Shown here in pieces: positions 29,572 to 41,501 of a stretch of 64,000 nucleotides of DNA; position 1 is the first letter of the stretch; every line of letters begins with the position of its first letter. Origin of the DNA: Paecilomyces variotii (taxonomy: Eukaryota); the NCBI GenBank assembly GCA_004022145.1, contig RCNU01000001.1; one strand, given 5' to 3'. A program made the position numbers and the translations under genes. The notes below the pieces were generated by a model. It saw only the letters and a program-made list of their open reading frames with translations. It was not told the DNA's origin and did not search any database.

Positions 29572-31241
29572 TTATTTATTCACCGACTCATCTATTGGCG
29601 ATAATCTATGCAAAACAGTTAGTGTTGATTCAACCTGAAAAAAAAAATAACGAAATAAAGAAAGAAAGGTGACATACTTGAGGGTCTCAAACGCTTTGAA
29701 CTTCCGTAAATAAGATGTACCTCTCCGATAAGCTCTCATCAACCGTGCAGGGTTCGCTGAGGGCCTGATTGAGGTGCCGATGAGCCTCTGAATCGCAGGA
29801 GACGTCCTAAACATAGGATCGAACACCAGCAAATTTGCGGTGCCATCCTCCCGGACCTCAAAACCAATGATGGTCAAAGAATGCCCTTTTGAAGTATTAA
29901 TGCCATTGGTCTATCCAAAGAGAAAGGTTCTTACCAGGATGCTGGAGATAGATCGGTGGTAGATCGGTCTTGAGGACTTTGTCGTTTCCTTCCAGCGAGA
30001 CACCCTGTCGAAAATATTCTGCCACATTGATGAGAAGAGCATCGTAGGCTCGTAATTGCTTCGTTTCATGAAAAGCGTTGGCTTCGCATCTATACACACT
30101 TTTGTTAAGTCTGCCGACAACAATAAATATTCTGCACTTACTTGATCCCGAGACTCTGGAATAGAGCTTGTGCCTGCATAGCGTTAGAAAGATGGGGTTT
30201 GAGGATTGAGTGGTTATCGACATGATTCACCTCTGGGGTACCTATATACTTCCTCGTCCCTCTGATACCGCCTGTCTCGACCCTCCCGCTGCTGTTGAAC
30301 CCCATATCCCATGCCTGTTCAATCAGGTCCTGGAGCCTGAGAATCGTCGGTAGCCTTCCCGGGAAGTGTTCGTGGCCTGGTCTTTTGGCGTCTTGGACAT
30401 GCGAAATAAGCATTTGGATATTCCTGTAACCGCAAAACCCGCCCTCCATCCGCATCTTGAAGACGTGCCGCACTTTTTCGCTGCAGAAGAAAGCGCGCTG
30501 GACAGACTTGTCTTGTTGACAGAGCTGTATAAGGACAGGAACAACACCTGGGGTCTCGTTCTCGATGGCCTCATGCCGTTCAAGCATGCCATTCGAGCCT
30601 ATACGGTTTATCCGAATGATATTTGCCCCATTCTCCAGCATCTTACGAAGCCACGAGGGCATCTGCTTCTCGTGAGCATGGGGGCCCAGTTCTGCACGCT
30701 ACAAGCCTAATCAGCAATGTGTACATGCGTGGTATCGGGGCAATAGCAGTACCCCTAATCTTTTTGCATTTCCACCGTGGACCGTCGAGAGTGATGTATT
30801 TTCGTGATATCCCTGCTTTCCGCTGGGCCCCTGACGATGGCGGTCTTTGGAGAGCCCTTTGTGTAGACGCAAAGAAGACCCCCCATCGGAATGCTCAATA
30901 GCTCTATCGAAATCGTCTTGATATTCCGCGGGCGTCTCTTCCAATTGCCTCACCTCTGCTTCCTCGTCTTCGAAAGCTATATCTTCAGCAACATGAAGAT
31001 TTAGGTGACTTGGGAGATCTGCAGCCAAAACAACTTCGCCGCAACCACGAGGACAGTCGATATACTCCCCTGCGCCAGCTTCGCCGTCCAAGGCCTCTGA
31101 GCTACCTTCCTGGTCAGCTATGAAGGGAGAATGGCCGTTCTCCGGATGACAGAGTTCGACATGCTGGGCCAAGAAGTAGGCATCGGAATCAGTGAAGCTG
31201 CAAAAAGGGCAGGGTAGAGTCTCCGCTTGTCCATGGTCCAT
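29572..31241 (-). CDS. Peptidase C78 (ZUP1/ZUFSP/Mug105-like deubiquitinase) with N-terminal Zn fingers
   Basis: CPFC-x12-HVELCH and CPRGCG-x10-HLNLH fingers; catalytic GGFCGYRNIQM (Cys), YLQHPGHSLTIIG (His), LLVFDP (Asp); TRKYIGTPE. Confidence 0.85.
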
Positions 31242-31728
31242 GGCGTTTTTTCTTTTTCTTTTTTTGCTAAACGAAGCTTTTCCAAGATCGAACGCAGTGC
31301 AGGCAAATCAGTACCGACGCGGAAAGGAAATCAATACGTAGCAGCGGTTTGCTGGTCTATTTACTGGGGGCGTAGAGTATTAGCTGCTTCGAATGTCGTT
31401 AGGACCGCTGAATCATATATATCTATGTCGAATTAGAGGAACGCTTCACCGCACTCAGAAAAATTAACATTCGGGCTTCACAACAACTTTGCCACCCAGC
31501 ATATTCTGGCAGGTGCAAGCAATCCTCACCATCTTAATATTTGATAAAAGGGGACTCCGACCATGAGAACAAACACACGATGTATTAGCCAGTAATATTG
31601 ATATCCGGGGTAGAGTCCTCTGTACGTAACTAGGAGCAATAACGGGGATAACGGGGGGTTCTGGCCTGCGACGCAGAGAGCGGGGATGTGGCGGATGCGA
31701 TATTAACCAAACCACATGAGGTAATTAA

Positions 31729-31789
31729 TAACTAGTAACCAACTAGTTAACTAATAAATAACTAATAATAACTAATAATTATTAACTAG
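31729..31789. repeat. Imperfect TAACTA(A/G)-unit AT-rich tandem array
   Basis: TAACTA/AACTAG units at about 31729, 31741, 31748, 31759, 31769, 31783. Confidence 0.7.
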
Positions 31790-31800
31790 GAGGAGATTTC

Positions 31801-32186
31801 TGACTCCGATTGACTCCACCTCGTACAGGGGTCTTTATTGTATGGAATTTTCTAAGTACATACTTTGGGGAATCATAGGCGTGACAGTGACAGTACGTAT
31901 ATGCCTATTTGCAGTTGTGCTACAGCTTTCTGGTTTAAATAAAAAGAAATATCTATAACTAAGAGTTGTGCTGCCTGGAAGGAACCAAGATTGATATGAA
32001 TAATAATAATAATAATAATAACAAGTATTATACCATAGATAGTTAACTACTACTACTAACTATGGTACTGTAGTTAATACGGAACCCACGGGAACCGGAC
32101 TGGCCTGGGTTTGGCCACTGGCCGCAGCTCCGAGATCGTTCTCCCGCGGCCAAGAGAAAAAAAAGGTTATTGCAGCTGCGAGTCAT
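31801..32186. promoter_or_regulatory. Cluster of Gcn4/CpcA-type TGACTC sites upstream of aspartokinase
   Basis: TGACTC at 31801-31806 and 31811-31816; GAGTCAT at 32180-32186; HOM3 orthologues are classic general-control targets. Confidence 0.55.
32001..32021. repeat. (TAA)7 microsatellite
   Basis: Direct reading of the sequence. Confidence 0.9.
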
Positions 32187-32330
32187 CCACGCCTCCGTTG
32201 TCGCAAATTCCTGAACCCGCAAGAATTCACCAACCCCTCTTCCCTCCTCGTGCCGTCAAAGACCTCCAAACAGCGTCAAGTTGAAGATCTCCCAATCTCC
32301 AATCTCCAGACTGCGCTGCTTGGCCTCAGC

Positions 32331-34160
32331 ATGAGCGTGCTCCCAAATTCGGACGGTGTCACGCCTCCGACCAATGGCAAGCCGGAAAGCCATTGGGTCG
32401 TTCAGAAGTTCGGCGGGACCAGTGTGGGCAAGTTCGCTTTCAACATCGTCGACCAAGTGATACGGTATGTATTGATCGCATCCTTCCCATTTCCTGTCGA
32501 TCGTGGCTTTGAGAGACTGATTTCTTCGCTGCTCCAATTCAGTCCCAGTCTTCGTGAGCACAAAGTAGCCATCGTCTGCTCAGCCAGAAGCAGTTCGTCC
32601 AAGGCCGAAGGCACGACCAATCGGTGAGTCATCCTGGCGCTGAAGCCTATGCACTCGTTTGCGGGCAGTCCTCTCATCTCTCTTATACTCCTTTGGGCTC
32701 TTATACTCTGATATCTAACCTTCCTGACTGAATAGTCTCCTTCGTGCGGCTCGAGAGGCGGAACGTGCCCAATCGCGTGACTATGTTTCTTTAGTGGAAG
32801 CGGTTCGATTAGAACATGTCCAGGTGGCCGAGGCACAGATACAGTCCGTCGAACTGCGGGATCGTCTGATCGCAGAGATCGGGGAAGAGTGCACTCATGT
32901 GCTAAAGGTACTAGAGGCTGCTCAGACGCTCGGAGAGATTAGCGCTCGATGTGTCGACAAGGTGATGAGTACCGGAGAGAAGCTCAGTTGCCGCTACATG
33001 GCCGCGCTTCTTCAGGACAGAGGAGTAGACGCTCAATATGTCGACTTGGCTGAGATCATTGACTTCGTTGTCGGTAGCAATGGCCTCGACCAAGAATTCT
33101 ATGACCATCTTGCCGCTCTCCTAGGCAAGAAGGTGGGAGCTTATGATGGGAAAGTGCCCGTCGTGACAGGATACTTTGGTTCCGTGCCTGGAGGTTTGCT
33201 GGACAAAATCGGCCGTGGATACACTGATCTCTGTGCTGCTCTTGTCGCGGTAGGAATCAACGCGAGGGAGCTACAAGTATGGAAAGAAGTGGACGGTATC
33301 TTCACTGCGGATCCGCGAAAGGTCCCGACAGCACGTCTCCTACCAACCATCACCCCGTCAGAGGCCGCCGAGTTGACCTTTTATGGATCAGAAGTGATCC
33401 ATCCATTCACTATGGAACAAGTCATACGGGCAAAGATTCCTATACGGATCAAGAACGTGATGAACCCCAAGGGCAGTGGCACAGTGATATACCCTGATTC
33501 GCATGCCGAACTTGAGCGGACCACACCAGGACACGATCCAAGACTTTTTCGCACAAGAAGCCCCAGCAATCTATCGCAGCTCCAAGGCCCCAAAAGGCCC
33601 ACGGCCGTCACAATCAAACACAAGATCCTCGTCATCAATGTGCACTCCAACAAACGTTCGCTTTCCCATGGCTTTTTCGCCGGCATATTCTCTGTCCTCG
33701 ACCGGTGGCGCCTATCCATCGACCTTATATCCACCAGCGAGGTCCATGTTTCCATGGCTCTTCATTCGGAGATGCCATTGTTGAACGGCGTTGGCCGCGA
33801 CGAGTACCAGGTCATCGACGAGGATCTGCGTGGAGCCCTTGAAGACCTGAGGAAATACGGCACCGTGGATATCATTCCTGGAATGGCGATCTTGAGCCTT
33901 GTGGGAAAACAGATGAAGAATATGGTGGGCGTAGCAGGACGGATGTTCTCCACTCTTGGGGAAAACAACGTTAACATCGAAATGATCTCGCAAGGTAAGA
34001 ATCATCTCGTGCCCATTGAACTATTAGCTGAAAGCGGTGACTTACAATTGGCTTCACAGGCGCTAGCGAGATCAACATATCATGTGTCATCGAGGAGAGA
34101 GATGCCGATCGGGCGATCAACATCCTTCATACGAGCATGTTCACCTTCCTAGACGACTAA
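32331..34160 (+). CDS. HOM3: Aspartokinase (4 exons)
   Basis: VVQKFGGTSVG, VCSARS, STGEKLS, GRGYTDL, WKEVDGIFTADPR, ELTFYGSEVIHP, two ACT domains, MISQGASEINISCVI. Confidence 0.97.
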
Positions 34161-35394
34161 TCGTGTCTGTCCCATCACAACTCATTGCTAGGTTTGGAGT
34201 TTTCAGCATCAAGACCTCTCCTGGAAATGCTGTATTCTTCTTCTGATGGAGCATTCGCATCTGACGGCGGTTTTCACGACGAAAAGTCCTTTTCGCAAGT
34301 TGAGGGTTCATATAGACCATTTATGGGTAATTGCTGCCAGCTGTGGCATCTTTCTTAGATTTCTTTTGCATGCGTCTTGCCAAAAAATTTCCCCTTATGT
34401 ACTCGGTTGGATAGCCACGTTTGTTTTGTCTGGTCACGTGGAGTTGGCGTTATATATTCAAACCCTTTTCTTTTCTTTTTCTTTTCTTTGTGCATATCAG
34501 CATAGATAGATATCGCTTGCCCGTGTACTTAGCGGAGGCATGACTGGCGTTCTTTTTGGGTCTTCATCATCTCCCCCACATCGTTTGTGCTATCTTGCCG
34601 TCTCTCTACTCCCACTTCACGGCTCGGCTAGAGAGTCCCGGGAAAAACAGGGCAAAACAGAGATTCTGCCCCATGTACATATCTTATTATACATATAGAA
34701 ATGGCTAGAAAGAATATATTCCCTGGAAAAAAGAAAAATTAAAAAATTTCAACGGTCCGTCACTTTGACCCCGTCCTGCCAAGAGGGACAACGTACGGCA
34801 GAGTCAATATCCGCAAGGGTTTCCTAGATGCGCAGGAACAGTAAGGGACTCACTCAATAATTTTCCAACTCAGATCGAACCGGATTGCGGCCATCGTGGG
34901 GCGCGTGGCGCTGCCGTGAGAGCTGAGCCACCTGGGAGGAAAGACGGGCTCGACTCCAGACTAGGGCTGAAGCCTGAGAGTGTTATCTGACTGTCTAGTT
35001 ATTTCTTGAGGCGGTGTCGGATCAGTCAGGATTGGCAGCATGTCCAATTCATTATTTCGAGCCAGTCGTCTGTCGATTGACTCGATTCTCTCCGTGTCTC
35101 AGAACTGACAGGATGCTATACCATGTAATCGATTAATACTCTAGCTCTTTGAGACTGCGTCTGAGCACAGGATCTGCCCGAAGCAGGACGGCGCCTGCAA
35201 GCGTCAAGGGATTGATTGCCTTGCTAGCGGGACGATTGGACGGCAGAAGGGATAGAGTTATGGAGCCGGCTTGTTCTTGAGTCGATGCTATTTCTTAGTG
35301 TCGTCCTCTAGGGGGAAGACGAGGCCGAGCATTTTGAAACCTGTAGATACCGTGACCGTACCGAAACGGCATGTTTGGGTGCAGCAACGCGGTC

Positions 35395-35432
35395 CAGCAC
35401 GCGTCGGGGACAATACGGTACAGCACGCGTCG
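35395..35432. promoter_or_regulatory. Tandem MCB-like elements (CAGCACGCGTCG x2) upstream of forkhead gene
   Basis: Exact 12-nt direct repeat at 35395-35406 and 35421-35432, each containing ACGCGT. Confidence 0.5.
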
Positions 35433-36199
35433 TGCTCGCAGCGCCTCTGGCATCATCGTCTTGACATGCTGTCCCGCCCCATTCCTTGAACGATCTTCTC
35501 GCCCATCACACGCACCACTCGATCAGGCTCTTCGTACGGAGTAGTCGGACGCTGTCAGACACGCCTCTCCTCCCTCAATCGACTCTCTTTACTCCCCTCT
35601 CTCGCCCTTCCGCGTCGCCGTCTCTCCCGATTCTTCCATCCCACCACCGCGTTCTCCGCCCTGCCCTCGACGCTGCTCATCATCGCCCGTCTCAAGCAAC
35701 GCTCGATTGCCAGATCTTCTCGCGATCGATTCTTCGAACTATCCACCATCTCAGCGTCATACCGTTGGGTCCTAGTCCCGTCTTGCTGCGCCCTAAAGCC
35801 TAGATTCCGTCGTTCTTATCATCAGGCCTCAGCTCCGCTTAACCGCACTGCACCGCACCGCACCACGACTCAACTGAACCTGTCCTAGCTCACGCCCAGC
35901 GTTCGTTTCACCGACTGATGCTCTTCCATTCTTAGTTCTTGGGTGGTCAATGGAGCCTCATTTGGGCGCACTGTGAGCCTAATCAAATCTCTTCGCGACT
36001 GCTGGTTCCAATACCATCTGCCTGATCTGCTCCCGGCCTCCACCGTTGCTGCTCGTTAACAACAGAGCAGAGCTGGTCTCTCGCTTGGAGTTCTTGGGCC
36101 CTGCAACCCAAAGATACTGTGTACGGTCACCGCTTTTAAGTCTAGGGTCCTCTGATCCAATAATCGAATTGGGAAAATCGCCCTAAAACCGTCGTCGCG

Positions 36200-38350
36200 A
36201 TGGCTTCGACGCGTCCTCCGTCGATGGCGTCCGATTTTCCAGATGTTTCAATCGCCTACGAGCATAAGAATAATAGTGTCTCGAAACCACCACCACGTCT
36301 CCAGCCATCACCCATGCCACTGCAGCCGGTCGAAAAGAACTGTATTCCGGATCCACCGTCCAGTGGTTCGCACCAGGTGTCGCCTGTCAAGTCCCACCGT
36401 CGCCTGGACTCATCCCACTCCGCGAAGGGGAAATTGGGCTTCGTTCCCATTACAGCGCCTGCTCCTCCAATGTTCACGACAGACTCGCCTGCCAAAAGGC
36501 ACCCGTTCTCTGCCTATGGCCCTACATCGATGCCACAGCCGCCTCTCTTCACGACGTTCTCCAGTGTGGACACCGAACAGCCTCAGAACGGTGGTCGACC
36601 TGGATCCAGACCAAGCAATGACAACTTTGCCGACTTCCCAGAACCATCGTATGGATTGAGGCCTCCCCTCAAGCGAACGCTCATGGAGGCAGCCCCGTTG
36701 AAGGATAGACCCGCAAAGAAACAGAGACGCGAGGAGTCTCTCCCCTTCCAGCTACCCGAACCGCATGAGATGCCGCCGATTGAAGATGACGGCACCAAGC
36801 CTCCTTACAGCTACGCGACTCTGATTGGAATGTCTATTCTCCGGGCACCGAATCGACGACTGACCCTGGCCCAGATCTACAAATGGATCTCTGAGACCTT
36901 CTCGTTCTACCGTACCAGCGATTCTGGCTGGCAGAACAGCATTCGACACAACCTCAGTTTGAACAAGGCGTTTATCAAACAAGAGAGACCGAAAGATGAT
37001 CCGGGCAAAGGGAACTACTGGGCCATTGAGCCCGGTTTGGAGGCCCAATTCCTGAAAGACAAGCCTCTCCGCCGTGCTACCTTATCCAGCATTCCACTTC
37101 CTCCAGCAGGTCCTCAGAGGGATTCTGTCCCTTCTCCTCAAACTCAAAATACGACTACCTGGAGAGTGCCTCCGCCATCTTCTGCCAGCGCTCCTCAGAA
37201 AACTTGCAAAGCCGTGGATTTGTCTTCAGATGCCACCTTGCCCGCCTCTGACCCGGCTCTTCAGGAGGACAGTGGAGATGAAAACCCTCATGTATTCGTT
37301 CCGCCATCTCATCCGCCTCGTTCCTCTCCGCTACAGGCGATTCACTCATCCCCCCCGATTGCCCCTCCCCGCTTCGTGCGTCAAGGCACTCCTCCAACGC
37401 CTTCGCGCCCAGTGTCGTCCTCGACAAATGCACCGCGGCACCGGAAGCGAAAGTCGGTTACTGCCAATGATAGCGGTTATTTCTCCTCTTTGGAATCGTC
37501 CGCTTTAAGGCCGAACAAGTCAGGTCATATTTTGACCTCAGATCTCGATATTGAACCTCCCCGTATCAAGCGCGGTCGTGCAGAGGAGGAAATTGCGCGC
37601 ATCCGCAGCTCGTCCCACGACATTAGCCCAGGCCGTCCTGGCATATCAAAGGACACAAGCTTGCTGGCTGGTTCCTCTCCACTTCGTGGCGAGTATATCA
37701 GCATGCTACCGCCTCCGCTCACTCCGGCAATCAAGTTCAAGAAACCCGCCAAGCCGCCGCCATCGCTGTCTCCGAACACAAACTTGAGAAACCATCGCAG
37801 GAAGATCCAACAGATGGTCAATTCGCCAATCAAACACCTAGGCTTGACTGAGGAGGACATTCCTTGGAGTCCGGCCTTTGACATCCACGATGACACGCTA
37901 ACCCCTGCCGACAACTTCCATGTCCATTTTGATATCTTCGCGGACCCTCTTGCAGACAGAATAGCCACCCCGATTTCTGGATCACCTCTCAAAGCTTCAG
38001 TGAAAGCATCGCGCACCGATGGTGCTGGTTCGGCCGAGAATGCCCTGACGGATATTACCAACGTGGGCGGTACTAGTCGGTTGAATACTACCCCCTTGAC
38101 ATCCTTGAACAAAGCCAAAGGCCTTGCCTACCTTGAGTCGCCTTCGAAAATGCCTGATACTAGCCGTTTTATTGATGCCACTCACGACGATTTCTTCTCC
38201 TTTAGCCTCTTTGATGAGAACCATGCGGAAGTTGACGGGGTGGATCTCCTTCAAGGCTTCCAGAAAATCGGCGGCTCCTCCCTAGAGGACTCGAAAGGTC
38301 GTACAATGAGACCGAATATGGGTCATCGAAACCACACCTCACTTTTTTGA
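36200..38350 (+). CDS. Forkhead transcription factor, Sep1/Hcm1 type (single exon, 716 aa)
   Basis: KPPYSYATLIGMSIL...LTLAQIYKWI...WQNSIRHNLSLNKAFIK...GKGNYW; many S/T-P sites. Confidence 0.93.
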   Translation: MASTRPPSMASDFPDVSIAYEHKNNSVSKPPPRLQPSPMPLQPVEKNCIPDPPSSGSHQVSPVKSHRRLDSSHSAKGKLGFVPITAPAPPMFTTDSPAKRHPFSAYGPTSMPQPPLFTTFSSVDTEQPQNGGRPGSRPSNDNFADFPEPSYGLRPPLKRTLMEAAPLKDRPAKKQRREESLPFQLPEPHEMPPIEDDGTKPPYSYATLIGMSILRAPNRRLTLAQIYKWISETFSFYRTSDSGWQNSIRHNLSLNKAFIKQERPKDDPGKGNYWAIEPGLEAQFLKDKPLRRATLSSIPLPPAGPQRDSVPSPQTQNTTTWRVPPPSSASAPQKTCKAVDLSSDATLPASDPALQEDSGDENPHVFVPPSHPPRSSPLQAIHSSPPIAPPRFVRQGTPPTPSRPVSSSTNAPRHRKRKSVTANDSGYFSSLESSALRPNKSGHILTSDLDIEPPRIKRGRAEEEIARIRSSSHDISPGRPGISKDTSLLAGSSPLRGEYISMLPPPLTPAIKFKKPAKPPPSLSPNTNLRNHRRKIQQMVNSPIKHLGLTEEDIPWSPAFDIHDDTLTPADNFHVHFDIFADPLADRIATPISGSPLKASVKASRTDGAGSAENALTDITNVGGTSRLNTTPLTSLNKAKGLAYLESPSKMPDTSRFIDATHDDFFSFSLFDENHAEVDGVDLLQGFQKIGGSSLEDSKGRTMRPNMGHRNHTSLF

Positions 38351-39228
38351 TCTTGATTGATTTACTTTTACACATTTTGACGTTCGTTTTTACTTTGCAG
38401 CGAAGCGGAAATTGGTTCTACTTGCCAGGCGTTGGTTACATTTTGGGTTCGTGCTTGCTCTTGGGACGAACTCGGCGAGATATGTGACACCGGGCGAAGC
38501 GAATCTTGATTTCTAGGTACTTGTTTTGAGTTACTGAGGAGTTTCTGGTCACTGAGCTATTGCTATTTTGCTTTTTGATCGTTATCGACAATAGTTTGGA
38601 GTTAGGCTGGGACCAGGGTAGGAGTCACTTGGGCTGTCACATTTGCCGGGTCTGGTTATGGCCACTCTGTGATGACTTTGATGAAACCTGTTGACGTACA
38701 TGAACAATGCTATGCCTTGATGATTTCAGCTTAACCACTTGGTTCTAAATTGTTACCTTTCCTTGATCTTCTGTTCATTTCGAGTTTGATAACCAGTGGA
38801 ATGACTAGTTAATGGTAATTGAGATTTGATTTAACTAGCCACAGCCCTCTTTGCAGTAAGCAGGGTACTTATTACGATTCTTCGATGGTAAAGAGAAACA
38901 CCTGAATTAAAAAGGGTATCATTTCACACTTTTAGGATAATGAATAGATCCGCGGACGAGTACACACATCACACAGGACAGAACGAGGAGAGAGCACAGC
39001 TGCCACGACTTGCCTGCTCACATAAAGCAGTAAAACCAACCGGTACCCAAAACGCCTTGGCTGAAGGACCATGTAGAACATAACAAAACCACCACATGTT
39101 CCCCAGCATATGCATGGCAGCCATGTGATGCGTAGAAATCTCCCAAAGACATGTTATCCATTTGGAACGAAGATGCATCGATATGATTATTGCTGCCCGT
39201 TTCATAGCTAGTTACCCTTGGGTAGTGA

Positions 39229-39954
39229 CTAATCACTGCTCGAACAGCCCCGACAACCACAGCTTACGCACTGGACAGTCTGGTTCTCTTTGAGCTGGGC
39301 TTTCGGTACTCGGCAAATACACGTCGCGTTGAAGTTTGTTTCTTTCGTTTGGATACATCGTAGACAGCAGAGCTTTTCACACACCGTAAGTGAGTTATGT
39401 GTTCATCATCTCAGAACGGAAAAACGGGCAAAGAAGAGCGCAAAGAAGGAAAGAAAAAGAAATTATATTTACCTTCTCATAACCCTGCTTCTTCCACTTG
39501 GCGATCAAGTTCGCATCAGCGTAGTTGTTCTTCAATAGCCAGTCATATAATTGTTTCGAGATGGCTTGCTTTTCGTAATAAAGATCGTAAATGTATCTAG
39601 AGCCTATGTCATTACCCACTCCTAGTTAGCTATCAGATCCAGTAAAACAACAAAGTAACCTAACAGACGCTACACCCAGGAGGCCGTTCGGAACGAAAAA
39701 GACTGCTTCTTTCTTTCCGAGGAATACAGCCTCGTCCCGCGGTGCGTCCCTCAGTCAGTAAGGAAGAAAAGAAGAAACTCACGTTGATGGCTAATCTGGA
39801 AAATCGGCCAAAGGACCTCATGCTTCTTCTTGCCTTCATGGGGCGCGTTTTCCGCGTCTTTCATCTTGTTGCTGAATTCCAGCAGGGTATCTTCGATATC
39901 GTCAAAGCCCTCTGGCGGGGGTTTGCGATTGCGGGAGGTGCGTATCGGCGGCAT
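39229..39954 (-). CDS. BUD31: Splicing factor Bud31/Cwf14 (G10 protein), 3 exons
   Basis: [63 protein letters not shown]. Confidence 0.96.
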
Positions 39955-40348
39955 ATTGGCAAGAGAGATTTCTCTCTTCTCTCTTCTATTTTTTTTCAGA
40001 AGCAAGGAAAAGCGACGAGAAGAAGAAGAGTTTCTCTTGAAAGTAAATCAGTATGCGTCCTCACAAGCGCGCAATGAACTGGATCATCGTCTTTCCTTCC
40101 CGAAAGCAACTGTGGCGTAGTTTACTTACTCACCAGAGGCTGAGCGAGCGCCAAGGTTCGATTCTGCCGCATCATACCGCCTTCGATTCTTACGCCGAAG
40201 CTTTGCTTCTCTTCAATCGAGGTGCCGCGGAAGTGCCCTTTGCAATTCAATTACCATTCGAGTCCAAACAGAAAATATCACGAGACTTCGTCAATTAACT
40301 GAAGCAAGAGAAGTTCCGCTTTTTTTTTCATATCTACAACAAGCAATC

Positions 40349-40817
40349 ATGGACAGCCAAGCTCAAATCGACATTTCGAAGCTCAGCGCTTCCGACCGCA
40401 AGGAACTGAACCAGTTCCTGACGAACGAGGCTCAGAAGTCCAATATTCAGCAGAGTAAGTTTTGTTTGTCTCATTCATAAAAAAAGAGAATAATCCGGAT
40501 GTTGTGTCCGTTGAATATATAACTTCCCATTGTTTCCCGGTCAATCGAACAGAACCATCTGTGTCCCTCTTTCCTACTCATAACACCCTTATTATCAACT
40601 TGATCAAAAGAACATTTAATAAGTTCATACTAACACTTCATTTCCAATAGCCGTCCACCACCTCGCCGATGTTTGCTGGAAGAAATGCATGACCGGCAAG
40701 ATTTCCTCTGGCCGATTGGACCGAACCGAAGAGGCATGCGCTAATAACTGCGTTGAGAGATGGATGGATGCCAACCTGGCTGTTTTGAAGCACTTGGAGT
40801 CGCTACGAGGACAGTAA
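40349..40817 (+). CDS. TIM8: Mitochondrial small Tim chaperone Tim8 (intron about 40455-40650)
   Basis: ELNQFLTNEAQKSNIQQTVHHLADVCWKKC...EEACANNCVERWMD twin CX3C. Confidence 0.93.
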
Positions 40818-41501
40818 ATGCATACATATAATCATATGTCATTGTCTGTTACCATGGAGGAGGAGGAGGGAGGGAATAAGAAAAGAATGTGGTCTTCTTT
40901 TTGATTGATTGAAGGAAGAAGACTGGGATTCTTTTCTCTTTTTCTTTCTTTTTGTTGAATACTGTATATTACTATCCGATGCGTACCATGAAACGTTAAT
41001 AGGGCATGCGTGGACAAAACGGGTGATTGGCAAATCTTAATGACCACTTTACTTTGAATATATGTCTAGTAATTGAAGTCTAACAGGGTTGAGATGTGTA
41101 CTTGGCTGCTGTTGTACTATGGACGTTCTATATTACCTATTGGACTGTAGGCCGCTACTTGGAGAAAGCTGCTGCTTAGCTAGGTCTTCCGCGGACTACG
41201 TTACTTATGGTAAAGGAAATGCACTCTCCAGAGTCCGGTCTGAGACTACACTTTGCAAGAATCATAGCAGCGTTTTAAGTTGACTATACAGAGACACTGT
41301 GCTGGCATCGTCTGTTTTTCGTATTTTCATTTTTCCCTACCACACAAGGAAGTAGGAGGCACATGTTCGCCTTTGAGCATCCCGTTCCGAACATTTTTAA
41401 AATAATCATTCAGCCCGTGGTTCAGCTGTTGCAACTAACTGCGTGACTGATCTCTTGTAAAATATAGCGCGAAAACCCCACCGGAACCCAAGGAAAACAC
41501 T

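Noticed and set aside
40111-40172. Call as a tRNA gene
   Set aside because: T-arm and D-arm do not pair into a cloverleaf; kept only as an A/B-box-like element.
40455-40650. TIM8 intron (196 nt) as a snoRNA host
   Set aside because: No box C/D pair or convincing H/ACA hairpins seen.
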